Part shown: positions 9,988 through 22,099 of the stretch, in pieces
How positions within the stretch are numbered: the stretch's first letter is position 1
Layout: every line of letters starts with the position of its first letter
Assembly (NCBI GenBank): GCA_963801355.1
Contig: CAWDEM010000004.1
Span: forward strand, 1,593,279-1,657,278
Length of the DNA stretch: 64,000 bases
From: Ignavibacteriota bacterium
Lineage (GTDB): Bacteria; Bacteroidota; Ignavibacteria; UBA10030; UBA6906
Direction of reading: 5' to 3'
The notes under the pieces: model-generated
Database searches by the model: none
What the model saw: the letters and a program-made list of their open reading frames with translations, nothing else
What the model was told of the DNA's origin: nothing
Program-made: the position numbers and the translations under genes

Positions 9988-11388
9988 ATGACACACCAGG
10001 CGCCCCGGACGTTGTTTGACAAGCTCTGGCAGGCACACGTGGTGCACGAAGAGCCGGATGCTCCGACGCTTCTGTACATTGACCTTCACCTGATTCATGA
10101 AGTGACCTCGCCCCAGGCGTTCGATGGTTTGAGACGGCGCGGACTCCGCGTGCGCCGTCCGGACCGCACCGTGGCGACCGTGGATCATAGCATTCCCACC
10201 GATCTGCGGCCGGTACGGGATGCTCTTGCGGCGAGTCAGATTGCCGCGCTCGAACACAATGCGCGCGAATTCGGTATCGCACTCTATGGATCCGGCCATC
10301 CGCAACGCGGCATTGTCCACGTCATCGGTCCAGAACTCGGGCTCACACAGCCCGGGATGACGATCGTGTGCGGAGACAGCCACACCTCGACGCACGGGGC
10401 ATTCGGTGCACTTGCATTCGGTATCGGCACGAGCGAGGTGGAGCATGTCTTTGCGAGTCAATGCCTCCTCCAGCAGAAACCACGGTCCTGCGAAGTGCGG
10501 ATCGAAGGCACGCTGGGCAAGGGTGTTGGTGCCAAAGATGTCATCCTCGCGCTTCTCGCACGAATCGGCGTGGGTGGGGGAACGGGTCGTGTTTTTGAAT
10601 ACACCGGCCCCGTCGTCCGCTCCTTTTCGATGGAAGAGCGTATGACCCTCTGCAATATGTCGATTGAGGGAGGAGCACGGGCAGGAATGGTCGCAGCTGA
10701 CGACACGACATTCTCATATCTCGCCGGCCGCGAGTTCGCACCGGCGGCATATGATGCTGCCGTGAAACGCTGGGGATCGTTCCGCAGTGATGACGGTGCG
10801 CGTTACGACATGACGATCGGTCTGGATGTGACGCGCCTTGCACCGATGGTGACGTTTGGAACGAATCCGGGGATGGGTGCACAGATCACGGCGACCGTGC
10901 CCGATCCTGCGGGTGTCGGTGATGCGTCGGAGCGTGCGTCGCTGCTCAAGGCGCTTGACTACATGGGGCTGAAACCCGGGAGCCGGCTGACCGGCCATCC
11001 GATCGATGTGGTATTTATCGGCAGCTGCACCAACTCAAGAATCAACGATCTCCGCCAGGCAGCATCGGTGATGCGAGGAAGAAAGGTGGCTGGTTCTGTG
11101 CGTACCCTCGTCGTGCCCGGCTCCTACGCAGTGAAACGGCAGGCGGAAGCCGAGGGCCTGGACCGGGTCTTCTTGGAAGCGGGCGCCGAATGGCGGGAGC
11201 CCGGCTGCTCGATGTGCATTGCGATGAACGGCGATGAAGTGCCTCCGGGGAAATACGCGGTGAGTACCAGTAACCGGAACTTCGAAGGTCGCCAGGGAAA
11301 AGGAAGCCGCACGTTCCTTTCGTCGCCGTTGACCGCAGCGGCCTCGGCTGTCACCGGGTGTCTTACGGACGTCAGGAGCATGCTATGA
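9988..11388 (+). CDS. leuC: 3-isopropylmalate dehydratase large subunit
   Basis: [38 protein letters not shown]. Confidence 0.97.
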   Translation: MTHQAPRTLFDKLWQAHVVHEEPDAPTLLYIDLHLIHEVTSPQAFDGLRRRGLRVRRPDRTVATVDHSIPTDLRPVRDALAASQIAALEHNAREFGIALYGSGHPQRGIVHVIGPELGLTQPGMTIVCGDSHTSTHGAFGALAFGIGTSEVEHVFASQCLLQQKPRSCEVRIEGTLGKGVGAKDVILALLARIGVGGGTGRVFEYTGPVVRSFSMEERMTLCNMSIEGGARAGMVAADDTTFSYLAGREFAPAAYDAAVKRWGSFRSDDGARYDMTIGLDVTRLAPMVTFGTNPGMGAQITATVPDPAGVGDASERASLLKALDYMGLKPGSRLTGHPIDVVFIGSCTNSRINDLRQAASVMRGRKVAGSVRTLVVPGSYAVKRQAEAEGLDRVFLEAGAEWREPGCSMCIAMNGDEVPPGKYAVSTSNRNFEGRQGKGSRTFLSSPLTAAASAVTGCLTDVRSML

Positions 11389-12005
11389 GTGCCGGGACCA
11401 CGGAGTTTGGTCGCGAGCCGTTCCGAACGGTCACCTCGCGAATCGCTGTTCTTCCGCAGGACAACATCGATACCGATCAGATCATCCCGGCCCGGTTTCT
11501 GAAAGTCACCGACAAGGCGGGAATCGGAATGCACCTGTTCGAGGACCTGCGCCGCGGTCCGGACGGTGCATTGCGCGCGGATTTCCCCCTGAACAAGCCC
11601 GGGAACCGGGGGGCGGCAATCCTCCTGGCAGGCAACAATTTCGGCTGCGGGTCTTCGCGTGAGCATGCCCCCTGGGCACTTGCCGGCGCCGGCTTCCGTG
11701 CAGTCATCAGCACATCGTTTGCGGACATTTTCAAATCCAATGCGTTGAAGAATGGACTCCTGCCGGTCGTGGTTGACACCGCGACCTGGTCGGCATTGGC
11801 CGAGGTTGCCGCTTCGGGTGGGACCATTGATGTCGATCTGTCCGAAGAGGAAGTCAGATGGCCGGAAGGGAAGGCGGGGTTCTCGATCGATCCTTTTGCG
11901 CGAACATGCTTGCTGCACGGTACCGATGAACTCGGCTACATACTCGATCATGAGAAGGAAATCGCAGCGTTTGAACGGCGCCGGGAACAGGGGGAGCATC
12001 CGTGA
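11385..12005 (+). CDS. leuD: 3-isopropylmalate dehydratase small subunit
   Basis: [23 protein letters not shown]; ATGA overlap with leuC. Confidence 0.96.
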   Translation: MSAGTTEFGREPFRTVTSRIAVLPQDNIDTDQIIPARFLKVTDKAGIGMHLFEDLRRGPDGALRADFPLNKPGNRGAAILLAGNNFGCGSSREHAPWALAGAGFRAVISTSFADIFKSNALKNGLLPVVVDTATWSALAEVAASGGTIDVDLSEEEVRWPEGKAGFSIDPFARTCLLHGTDELGYILDHEKEIAAFERRREQGEHP

Positions 12006-13063
12006 CTGCGCAGATCATCGTACTTCCCGGAGACGGCATAGGGCCGGAAGTGACGAAGGAGGCGGTGAATGTCCTGCGGGCTGTTGCCAGAAAATTCGGG
12101 CATGTGTTTGTGTTTGAAGAGCACCCGTTTGGCGGGGCCTCGGTGGACATGCACGGCGTTCCGATCACGGAGGGGACCCTTGCGGCGTGCAGAAGGTCTT
12201 CGGCAATCCTGCTCGGTGCGGTTGGCGGTCCACAATGGGACAGCCGGCCTGTGGACATCCGGCCCGAGCGCGGACTCCTCAGGCTCAGGAAGGAACTCGG
12301 GCTGTATGCGAATCTCAGACCCGTGCGGGTGCATCCGGCGCTTGCCGGTTCCTCTCCGCTGAAGGAACATCTCCTGCGTGATATCGACATGGTTGTCGTG
12401 CGCGAATTGACGGGGGGCCTGTACTTCGGGAAGCCGCGCTTCACCAGGGAGGAGGGTGGCACGGTGAGGTCAGTCGACACGCTTGAATATACGCGAACGG
12501 AAATCGCGCGTATCGTGGATCTCGCGTTCAGGCTTGCGTCAAAGCGGAAACGAAAAGTGACTTCCGTTGACAAAGCGAATGTGCTGGATACTTCGCGGCT
12601 GTGGCGGAAGACCGCCACGGAAATCTCGGCGTCGTACCCGGGGGTCGTGCTGGAGCACATGCTTGTCGACACCGCGGCAATGCGTCTGGTGTCCGCGCCT
12701 GCGTCGTTCGACGTGGTTGTGACCGAAAACATGTTCGGCGATATTCTCACCGATGAGGCTTCCGTGCTGGCCGGTTCGATGGGCATGCTTCCGTCAGCAT
12801 CACTCGGGGACGCTGGTCCGGGTCTCTTCGAACCAATCCATGGATCCGCTCCCGATATTGCCGGCCTCGGCGTTGCGAACCCCGTGGGTGCCATCCTGAG
12901 CGCAGCCATGCTGCTCCGCTATTCGCTCGGCAAAGAAGAGGAAGCGTGTGCTGTGGAGAGCGCGGTGTACGGAACGATCGAGGCAGGACTGCGGACCCCG
13001 GATCTCGGCGGGACGCAAACGACCCGGCAGGTCGGTGCCCGGATACTGCAAGGTTTCAACTGA
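12002..13063 (+). CDS. leuB: 3-isopropylmalate dehydrogenase
   Basis: GDGIGPEV, RELTGGLY, NMFGDILTD, EPIHGSAPDIAG. Confidence 0.97.
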   Translation: MTAQIIVLPGDGIGPEVTKEAVNVLRAVARKFGHVFVFEEHPFGGASVDMHGVPITEGTLAACRRSSAILLGAVGGPQWDSRPVDIRPERGLLRLRKELGLYANLRPVRVHPALAGSSPLKEHLLRDIDMVVVRELTGGLYFGKPRFTREEGGTVRSVDTLEYTRTEIARIVDLAFRLASKRKRKVTSVDKANVLDTSRLWRKTATEISASYPGVVLEHMLVDTAAMRLVSAPASFDVVVTENMFGDILTDEASVLAGSMGMLPSASLGDAGPGLFEPIHGSAPDIAGLGVANPVGAILSAAMLLRYSLGKEEEACAVESAVYGTIEAGLRTPDLGGTQTTRQVGARILQGFN

Positions 13064-13130
13064 GAAAGAAAGATGGCGAACCCAAAATTGTAATCGAAAC
13101 ACACAAGTATTCATGAGCAAGGAGAAACCA

Positions 13131-14186
13131 ATGGCAATCATGGATTTTGGCGGGGTCAAAGAGGAAGTCATCACCCGTGAAGAATTTCCCCTGCAGAAGG
13201 CGCAGGCTCTGTTGAAGAAGGAGGTCGTGGGGATTCTGGGTTATGGCCCGCAGGGACACGGTCAGGGTCTCAACCTTCGCGACAACGGCATCGACGTGAT
13301 CCTGGGTCAGCGCAAGGGTGGACGTGGATGGCAGGAAGCGGTGCGGGATGGGTGGGTAGAGGGCAGAACGTTGTTTGATGACATCGAAGACGTCGTGCGC
13401 CGTTCGACAATGGTGCTGTACCTGTTGTCCGATGCCGGACAGAAGGAACAGTGGCCGCTGGTAAAGAGGAACCTCCACAAGGGGCAAGCGCTCTGTTTTT
13501 CTCACGGCTTTTCCATTGTCTACCGAGATCAAACCGGAGTCGTGCCGCCGGACGACGTGGATGTCATACTGGTCGCGCCGAAGGGCTCGGGGCGCACCGT
13601 CCGGACAAACTACCTCGCAGGCAGCGGGATCAATTCCAGCTTCGCAGTGCACCAGGACGTCACGGGCAGAGCGCGCGAACGAGTGCTCGCACTCGGGATC
13701 GCGATCGGTTCGGGCTACCTCTTCCCGACTTCGTTCGAAAAAGAGGTCTACAGCGACCTGACGGGTGAGCGTGGAGTGCTGCTCGGAGCAATCGCCGGCC
13801 TGATGAAGGCCCAGTACGAACTCCTGCGCTCAAAAGGCCACACCCCGAGCGAGGCGTTCAATGAAACGGTCGAGGAGGCCACGCAGAGTCTGTATCCGCT
13901 GATGGGACAGAACGGTGTGGACTGGATGATCGGTGCCTGCAGCACGACCGCCCAGCGGGGGGCGCTTGATTGGGCGAAGAAGTTTGAAGAAGCAACCAGG
14001 CCGCTATTCTCCTCTTTATATGAAGCGGTGCATAACGGCACGGAAACGCGCCGGGTGCTGGAAACGTGCGGGGCTGCCGGCTACCGGGACCGCCTCGAAA
14101 GCGAACTGGACGAGTGGCGGAATTCCGAGATGTGGCGTGCCGGCGCTACGGTTCGCTCCCTGCGGCCCGAGAAGTGGAAAAAGTAA
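13131..14186 (+). CDS. ilvC: Ketol-acid reductoisomerase (Bacteroidota/fungal Ilv5-like type)
   Basis: GYGPQG, LLSDAGQ, FSHGF, APKGSG, SDLTGERG; GGAG before ATG 13131. Confidence 0.94.
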   Translation: MAIMDFGGVKEEVITREEFPLQKAQALLKKEVVGILGYGPQGHGQGLNLRDNGIDVILGQRKGGRGWQEAVRDGWVEGRTLFDDIEDVVRRSTMVLYLLSDAGQKEQWPLVKRNLHKGQALCFSHGFSIVYRDQTGVVPPDDVDVILVAPKGSGRTVRTNYLAGSGINSSFAVHQDVTGRARERVLALGIAIGSGYLFPTSFEKEVYSDLTGERGVLLGAIAGLMKAQYELLRSKGHTPSEAFNETVEEATQSLYPLMGQNGVDWMIGACSTTAQRGALDWAKKFEEATRPLFSSLYEAVHNGTETRRVLETCGAAGYRDRLESELDEWRNSEMWRAGATVRSLRPEKWKK

Positions 14187-14210
14187 AGGGGATCAGCTAT
14201 CTTGCTTGCT

Positions 14211-15095
14211 ATGATCTCGAGTGCCGGGCCATCTTACCAGTCATCGGTCAAGTCTGACGTCTCCGATGAACTGATCAATGTATATCTCCTCCGACCCATC
14301 GCCCACCAATTTGTCCGCGTTCTGTATCCAACCCGCGTGACTCCAAACCAGGTGACGGTGGCCTCAATCATTGCAGGGTTCGTGTCGGGAGGAGTCTATG
14401 CGTTTGGCGGTCCAATCTGGTACCCGTTGGCAGGGCTTCTGGTTACGCTCAAAGATCTTCTTGACTCCGCGGACGGTCAGCTAGCGCGGGCAAAGCAGCT
14501 GTACAGCCGGCGGGGGCGCTTTCTGGACTCGGTGGGTGATATTGCGGTGAACCTGGTCGTGTTCGGCGCGATATCATTTTCAGTGTATCAGGAAACAGGC
14601 TGGTTTCCGATATTCCTTTTCGGACTGATGGGTTTCCTGGGTATCTCGCTTCGTGTGTCCTACCATGTCTTCTACCAAACATCGTTTCTCCATTTGCAGA
14701 GCGCCTATGAGTTGAACCGGGTCACGGAAGAGGTTCAAACAGGGGATCTGGCGGGCGATCCACGCACCTTGCTGATGCAGAGGCTGTTCCTTGTTCTGTA
14801 TGGCTGGCAGGATAGACTCATGATGCGAATTGACAGCTGGTCATTGAAAGGCGTCAGCAATCCCCGGCCGGAATGCTGGTACGGAGACCGGACTGCGTTG
14901 AGACTCTCAGGATTTCTCGGGCTTGGGACTGAGTTGTTCATTCTCATGATCTTCTCGGTGTTTCGCAGGCTTGACTGGTATCTTGCGGTGAACGTATTGG
15001 GCCTGAACGCGGTGTGGGTACTCTGCATTGTGTACAGGAGAGTGTTTCTTGCGCGGCGACTGGAGAGAGAGGATTTCCTCAGGCGCCCGACCTGA
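14211..15095 (+). CDS. CDP-alcohol phosphatidyltransferase family protein
   Basis: TPNQVT and DSADGQLAR...GRFLDSVGD motif; start uncertain. Confidence 0.88.
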   Translation: MISSAGPSYQSSVKSDVSDELINVYLLRPIAHQFVRVLYPTRVTPNQVTVASIIAGFVSGGVYAFGGPIWYPLAGLLVTLKDLLDSADGQLARAKQLYSRRGRFLDSVGDIAVNLVVFGAISFSVYQETGWFPIFLFGLMGFLGISLRVSYHVFYQTSFLHLQSAYELNRVTEEVQTGDLAGDPRTLLMQRLFLVLYGWQDRLMMRIDSWSLKGVSNPRPECWYGDRTALRLSGFLGLGTELFILMIFSVFRRLDWYLAVNVLGLNAVWVLCIVYRRVFLARRLEREDFLRRPT

Positions 15096-15501
15096 ATCCC
15101 AGCCGCGTCCTCCGCTGCCCTCCCTCACCGGAGTCGATGAATTCCACGCTGACCGGCGAGCCGATGCGGATCGTTTCGGGATGACGCACATCCACACCGA
15201 GAATCTGCGCGCTGATCGCCGGTCCTTCCTCCAGCCGTACTATCCCGGTGCAGTAGGGGTTGTCGCGTCCGTAGCCCTCGCGGATCATCGCTGTCGGAGC
15301 GATGTAGATGATGGAGAATGCTGCGAGTGTGCCCCTGCCGCTCAGCGGTACCCATTCCAAATCACATTCCCGTTGTGCGGGTGCGAGCGGTTTCGGGGGT
15401 ACATAGACATCCTGTGAGGCGGCCGACCGGACTCCCATGAGCCTGTGCTCGCGGAGCAATTGCATGAAGGCCGAGTGCGTAAAGTCGGTTGTGGTGCTCA
15501 T
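15079..15501 (-). CDS. DUF35-type OB-fold protein (thiolase partner) with degenerate Zn ribbon
   Basis: LSGRGTL, PYCTGIVRLEEGP, IGSPVSVEF; directly downstream of thiolase. Confidence 0.85.
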   Translation of the reverse strand: MSTTTDFTHSAFMQLLREHRLMGVRSAASQDVYVPPKPLAPAQRECDLEWVPLSGRGTLAAFSIIYIAPTAMIREGYGRDNPYCTGIVRLEEGPAISAQILGVDVRHPETIRIGSPVSVEFIDSGEGGQRRTRLGFRSGA

Positions 15502-15502
15502 G

Positions 15503-16768
15503 CTATGACCTCCTCTCAAAAATGTGGACCACGCATGTTTGCCCGGTTCCTCCCACATTGTGCGTGAGTCCAAGTGCGGGTCCCCCGGGCACCTGCCGCG
15601 CACCCGCCTCGCCGCGCAGTTGCTTCCAGATTTCCACGACCTGCCCGACGCCGGAGGCCCCGACAGGGTGGCCTTTGGATTTCAATCCACCGGATGAATT
15701 CACCGGTCGGACACCATCACGACGAGTGCTCCCTTCCATTGCCGCTTTGCGACCCTCTCCGGCCTCGAAGAAACCCAGGTCCTCGGTAGCAATGATTTCG
15801 GCGATGGTGAAGCAATCATGGACTTCCGCCACCCTGATGTCGCGGGCGTTAATGCCGGCCATTGCGTAGGCCTCCGCTGCCGCCCGCCGTACCGCGCCAA
15901 TGGATGTGAAGTCGCTCCTGCTGTGAAGGGCCACATCGCTGGACTGTCCGCTCCCGGTGATATAGAGGGGGGTGGCGCTATAGCTTCTGGCGCGGTCTTC
16001 TGCGACGAGCAGGAGTGCAGCCGCGCCATCCGAGATGGGGGAGCAGTCAAACAGGCGCAGTGGCCATGCGATGGGAGGGTTCGCACGGTCATCGCTGAGA
16101 AACGCCCTTTCGTCCGCCCAGTCGGGCACCGGTTTCCCCTTTTGTCGTGCGGCCGTCTTTTTCGCGGCGATAATGTCGGCGATGCGCGTGCCGAATTGCG
16201 CTTTCGGATTGAGGCTGCCGTTGTCATGGTTCTTTATCGTAACCTGCATGAGTGCCTCTGCAACTGCCCCATGCCGGGCTATGTAGGCGGTTGCCATGGC
16301 TGCATAAAACCCGGGAAAGGTGAAACCCGCGGGTATCTCGTAGAGAACGTCGCCCGCAGTGGCGAGTGTGTCTGTGACGCGTTCAGTCGGCAGCGCGGTC
16401 ATCTTTTCAATTCCGCCTACGAGCACAACATCATACAGCCCTGAAGCGATGGCCAGGATGGCCTGTCTGATGGCGGCACCGCCGCTGGCGCAGGCATTTT
16501 CGATGCGCGTTGACGGCCGGGGCGTCAGCCCGACCCATTCGGTCATGATCGGAGCGGTGTGTCCCTGCCCCTCGAACAGTTCGCTGCTGAAGTTGCCGAC
16601 AAAGACCGCCTCGATGTCCGAAGGGGAGATGCTTTTGTCGACCGTCCCGAGCATATCCAGATAGGCCTGCACAAACAGATCCCTGGATGTCAATTTCGGA
16701 AATACGCCGAAGCCGCTCATGCCCGCGCCAACAAGTGCCACGCCGCGGCCGAGTTTACGATGAGCCAT
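15503..16768 (-). CDS. Thiolase (SCP2/archaeal-type acetyl-CoA acyltransferase)
   Basis: ENACASG, DCSPISDGAAA, EVHDCFTIAE, KGHPVGASG, HNVGG. Confidence 0.92.
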   Translation of the reverse strand: MAHRKLGRGVALVGAGMSGFGVFPKLTSRDLFVQAYLDMLGTVDKSISPSDIEAVFVGNFSSELFEGQGHTAPIMTEWVGLTPRPSTRIENACASGGAAIRQAILAIASGLYDVVLVGGIEKMTALPTERVTDTLATAGDVLYEIPAGFTFPGFYAAMATAYIARHGAVAEALMQVTIKNHDNGSLNPKAQFGTRIADIIAAKKTAARQKGKPVPDWADERAFLSDDRANPPIAWPLRLFDCSPISDGAAALLLVAEDRARSYSATPLYITGSGQSSDVALHSRSDFTSIGAVRRAAAEAYAMAGINARDIRVAEVHDCFTIAEIIATEDLGFFEAGEGRKAAMEGSTRRDGVRPVNSSGGLKSKGHPVGASGVGQVVEIWKQLRGEAGARQVPGGPALGLTHNVGGTGQTCVVHIFERRS

Positions 16769-16902
16769 GATGGTCCTCCTGGAATCCAGAACGCGTGTAT
16801 CTGCGAAGAAGTTCGGTCGGCCGGTGCATCCGGCAATGCAGTGAACGCCGGCGGGTATCGCGGTACACCGTTAATGCGAAATGGTTGTGCGGGTGTGGGC
16901 GC

Positions 16903-17871
16903 TCAGGTGTGATCCTCGATGAGATCGTCGATGCCCTTGCGAAGGTAGCGAGCGGTGACCCATCCGATCAGCATCCCGGCGAGCATTGTAGCAATGCAGT
17001 AGAGCGGCGTGAAAAAGAAGACCAGAGCACCTGTCGATTTCTCGTCTCCACGCACATCGTTGTAGATCGTTTCCCAGCCCATGTAGTACATCGGCACCAT
17101 GAGAGCGATGATGCCGGCAAGGCCGCCGATTGTGACTGACCAGAGCGTGAACAGTGACATGCGCCGGGCGTTTTTCATAGCGGTTCCGGCGAGAATGGCG
17201 AAAGGGATCATGCTGAACAGATCGAGCAAGAGGGCACGGCCCTTGAGATGTTCGATGAGGATATCCATCAATGCATCGCCCGCCGGGATATTTCCAACAA
17301 AACGTTGCACGGCGAACGCGGTCGCCGTGGGGACAATCGCACCTGCGACGAGCGGCATGATCCACGCCGCGCGGGCGGGGATGATGGGAGCCTGGTGTGA
17401 GGGGTGACCCGGGGAGCGGAGTTGCAGCTCACGGGTTTTCACCCAGCGGAAAATCGCGGGGTGGAGAACAGAGACGGCAAGCAGAACCGATGCGCCGATG
17501 GTGATAATCCGCCATGTTTGCTCAAACGCGCGGGCTTCGGCTTGCGGATCAGGATCCGGAATGACAAAGGGTCCCGTGACGATCTTCGGGAGTAGAATGA
17601 GCAACCCGCTTACGGTGGCCGCGAGTCCGGCGTATGCGAGTGCCGCCCAGAAGCCTGCAGCGGGAGAGCGGACAAACGTCACGGCAATAATTGCCGGAAG
17701 GAGCACCGCCGGAACCAGGAACGAAAGGAGACCCCAGGTGAAAGGGAGGGGAGCGTCGACGATGAGCCGTTGAAGAATTTCGCCTGCCACCGGAAGAACC
17801 GCTTTCAGGATCAGCAGTGCAAGAACGATTCTGACACTGGACGGCAGCGCAGAAGTCTTCGTATCGGCCAT
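16903..17871 (-). CDS. Hypothetical multi-pass membrane protein
   Basis: About 8 hydrophobic segments; no recognised motif. Confidence 0.7.
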   Translation of the reverse strand: MADTKTSALPSSVRIVLALLILKAVLPVAGEILQRLIVDAPLPFTWGLLSFLVPAVLLPAIIAVTFVRSPAAGFWAALAYAGLAATVSGLLILLPKIVTGPFVIPDPDPQAEARAFEQTWRIITIGASVLLAVSVLHPAIFRWVKTRELQLRSPGHPSHQAPIIPARAAWIMPLVAGAIVPTATAFAVQRFVGNIPAGDALMDILIEHLKGRALLLDLFSMIPFAILAGTAMKNARRMSLFTLWSVTIGGLAGIIALMVPMYYMGWETIYNDVRGDEKSTGALVFFFTPLYCIATMLAGMLIGWVTARYLRKGIDDLIEDHT

Positions 17872-18025
17872 GTGGGGTCCCTTTGGAGGAGAACACAACC
17901 CCCATAGATACCGAACTTCGCAACAAAATGCAAAGATCTTCCAATAGCACGCCTACTGGAGGGTCTCCATCGTCGAATTTTGCGAGCTATATCATGTTGA
18001 AAAATATAGCCTTACAAGATTTGCC

Positions 18026-18054
18026 TTGACTTCGTCGATCTTGTATCGTAAGTT
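18026..18054 (+). promoter_or_regulatory. Sigma70-like promoter
   Basis: TTGACT-N17-TAAGTT upstream of receiver gene. Confidence 0.4.
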
Positions 18055-18100
18055 ATTGCGGGTTTACGTTGAAACTTTTCGAGAAGACAGGGGATCGAGA

Positions 18101-18514
18101 ATGGCTACGCCGCAGTCAATTGTGATCGTGGAAGACGAATGCATCGCCGCCGAAGATGTTCGTCGCCGCCTGGTATCGTGGGGGTACCGGGTTGCAGCGG
18201 TGGTGTCGACGGGAGAGGACGCAATCAGGTCGGCGGAACAGGCGCAGCCGGACCTCGTTCTCATGGACATCCATCTCAAGGGAAAAATGGATGGTGTGGA
18301 GGCAGGAGAATGTATTCGTTCGCGCCTCCACGTGCCGGTGATTTACGCGACTGCTTATAGCGACAGCGAAACCCTGTCGCGGGCGGGCGTGGACGATGCA
18401 CTGGGGTATATCACCAAACCCTACGACGATGTTGAAATGCGCGGTGCGATAGAACATGCGCTGTCCCGGCGGGAAGTCGAACTTCGCCTCCTGAGAAGTG
18501 CCATCGCGGTATAG
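18101..18514 (+). CDS. Single-domain response regulator
   Basis: IVIVEDE, DLVLMDIHL, YATAY, YITKPY. Confidence 0.88.
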   Translation: MATPQSIVIVEDECIAAEDVRRRLVSWGYRVAAVVSTGEDAIRSAEQAQPDLVLMDIHLKGKMDGVEAGECIRSRLHVPVIYATAYSDSETLSRAGVDDALGYITKPYDDVEMRGAIEHALSRREVELRLLRSAIAV

Positions 18515-18526
18515 GCTGTGCAGAGC

Positions 18527-18578
18527 GGTGTGATCGAGCGGTGTGATCGAGCAGTGTGATCGGGCAGTGTGATCGGCC
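18527..18578. repeat. Four tandem 13-bp repeats (R)GTGTGATCGRGC
   Basis: GGTGTGATCGAGC x2, AGTGTGATCGGGC, AGTGTGATCGGCC. Confidence 0.9.
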
Positions 18579-18679
18579 GAACAGACGTCTTGTTTGTTCT
18601 CCCTCCTTTGTGTACATTCCGACGCTAATACGCTTCCATTCTCCACCATTGCACCCCACAATCCGGAGGTCTAACTGCC

Positions 18680-19327
18680 ATGAAGCGGATGCTGCTTGTG
18701 CTGCCGCTCGCGCTTGCCATGTTTCTTGTTGGATGCGGCAAGAGTGCCGAGCAGAAGAAACTTGAAGAAGCTGCCAAGGAATTGGGTCAGGCTGGAGGGA
18801 AACTGGCCGACGGCGCCCAGAAAATGGCCGACGCGATGAAAGACATCAACGATGGGAAAAAAGTTGAGCCTATCGATTTCCGGGAACTGAAGGCGCTGCT
18901 ACCGGAAACGCTTCCCGGACTGACCCGGGGAAACGTGGAAGGGGAACGTTCGGGCGCTATGGGGATCGAAGTGTCCCAGGCCTCTGCGGATTACACGGAC
19001 GAAAACGGTGCCTCCATCAGTATTAAAATCAGCGACATGGGCGGTCTCACGGGGGCCATGCGGCTGGCGACCCTCGGATGGACGATGGCGCAAATCGATC
19101 GTGAAACCAGTGAGGGCTACGAGCGGACCACCACCTTCAACGGGAACAAAGCCTGGGAACAATACTGGACATCGACACGGCGCGGGGAGCTGCACATTCT
19201 CGTCGGGGGGAGATATGTGGTCGAGGTTGACGGGAGCGAGTGTGACATGAACCGGATCAAGGACGCAGCGGGGAAAGTGGATATCAACAAACTCGAAGCA
19301 ATGAAAGATTTTGGAGTGACAGGCTGA
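18680..19327 (+). CDS. Hypothetical lipoprotein
   Basis: Lipobox LVGC after hydrophobic stretch; GGAGG RBS. Confidence 0.82.
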   Translation: MKRMLLVLPLALAMFLVGCGKSAEQKKLEEAAKELGQAGGKLADGAQKMADAMKDINDGKKVEPIDFRELKALLPETLPGLTRGNVEGERSGAMGIEVSQASADYTDENGASISIKISDMGGLTGAMRLATLGWTMAQIDRETSEGYERTTTFNGNKAWEQYWTSTRRGELHILVGGRYVVEVDGSECDMNRIKDAAGKVDINKLEAMKDFGVTG

Positions 19328-19366
19328 ACGCCTCCGCCACTATCAGCGGTGCAGGAACGGAGTGAC

Positions 19367-20632
19367 ATGCACACTGTTCGCTTTGTAGTGATCGGCCTCG
19401 GCGGTTACGGTCTGACGCATATCGATGCCGTACGCTGGCTTTCCCGGCAGAATCAGGGACGACTCGCGGGCGTGGTGGCGCTTGATATTGACCGGAAGGC
19501 CCGCCCCCGGCTCGCCGCTGATCTCGAGAAAGAGGGGGTGGTTCTGTACCGATCGGTGGATGATTTTTTCGATCGTGGAGTCGATACTACCGACGTGCTG
19601 ACGGTACCCATCGGCATTCATCGGCATGTTCCGGTATCGATCCGGGCGCTTGAGGCCGGACTTCACGTGTACTGCGAAAAGCCCGTCGCCGCGACAGTGC
19701 AGGAGGTGGACCGGCTCATTGAAGCTGAAGCGCGGTCGCACCGGAAAGTCGCCGTCGGGTTCCAGCATCTATACGGCGTCTCAATGCGGCGGCTAAAGGA
19801 ACTGTTGACCGCCGGCCGGCTCGGGACCGTGCGCGACATTTCACTGATGTGCAACTGGCCCCGGAGCGTGCAGTACTTTCAGCGGAACGACTGGAGCGGA
19901 CACCTGCGGGTTGGTGACGACTGGATACTCGATAGTCCGGCCAACAACGCGCATGCCCATTACGTGATGAACGCGTTGTATCTTGCCTCTCCCAGAGCAG
20001 CCGAGGCGTCATCGCCCGGGAGTGTCCGGGCTGAGCTCTGGCGCGCCCATCGCATCGAAAGCGCTGATACCGTGCAATGTCATATCACGACCGTCGACGG
20101 GGTCAGGGTCCACATACTCGTGACGCATGCCGGCGGCGCGCCAAACGGTCCGGTGATGCACATTACTGCCGACAGCGGCCGTGCCTACTGGCTGACAGAC
20201 GAAGGGTGCACGACGGTCCGGCACGCCGATGGGCGTCTCGAAATGTTCGATAACCGGAGTCACGCGCTCTGGCGGTATGACGCGTTCAAGAATCTGGTTC
20301 AGGCTATACACGGCGAAGCCGCAGTGATCTGTACGCCGGCGGTTGCGCGGGCGCAGACGCTGGCCGTGAACCTCATGCACGAAAGCTGCCGGTCGATTCA
20401 CACTGTGCCCGATGAGTGTGTGACGGAACTGGAAGATTGGGAGATGTTTCCGCCGGATACCAGAGGTCTCTTCCGGCGCATTACCGGGATCGATCCGGCG
20501 ATGCACGTGGCATTCCATGAGGGTGTGTTCCTGAGTCAGCTGGGATTGGGGTGGACCGCGGGGATGGTGTCGCGGAAGGTGTCGGGGGACGGGTACCGGT
20601 GGTTTCCGGCAAAGGAAGATATCACAGGGTGA
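19367..20632 (+). CDS. Gfo/Idh/MocA family oxidoreductase
   Basis: IGLGGYG Rossmann motif, HVYCEKP, VAVGFQ. Confidence 0.9.
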   Translation: MHTVRFVVIGLGGYGLTHIDAVRWLSRQNQGRLAGVVALDIDRKARPRLAADLEKEGVVLYRSVDDFFDRGVDTTDVLTVPIGIHRHVPVSIRALEAGLHVYCEKPVAATVQEVDRLIEAEARSHRKVAVGFQHLYGVSMRRLKELLTAGRLGTVRDISLMCNWPRSVQYFQRNDWSGHLRVGDDWILDSPANNAHAHYVMNALYLASPRAAEASSPGSVRAELWRAHRIESADTVQCHITTVDGVRVHILVTHAGGAPNGPVMHITADSGRAYWLTDEGCTTVRHADGRLEMFDNRSHALWRYDAFKNLVQAIHGEAAVICTPAVARAQTLAVNLMHESCRSIHTVPDECVTELEDWEMFPPDTRGLFRRITGIDPAMHVAFHEGVFLSQLGLGWTAGMVSRKVSGDGYRWFPAKEDITG

Positions 20633-20653
20633 CCCTGACGGGTCACCCCGTGA
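20622..20653. terminator. Hairpin between convergent genes
   Basis: CACAGGGTGACCC-TGAC-GGGTCACCCCGTG; no U-tract. Confidence 0.5.
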
Positions 20654-20662
20654 AGTGCAGGA

Positions 20663-22036
<1,374 letters not shown>

Positions 22037-22099
22037 TTAGCTGACATCAGCCGGGCGCGGGTCGTTCGACCTCGGGGAGTCCGGCTCTGGATCTGCGGG

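Noticed and set aside
12948-13130. ORF-track N-terminal extensions (ilvC; likewise polA, E2, cytochrome, sufU, frr)
   Set aside because: They overlap neighbouring genes; downstream ATGs with RBS or coupling fit the family N-termini better
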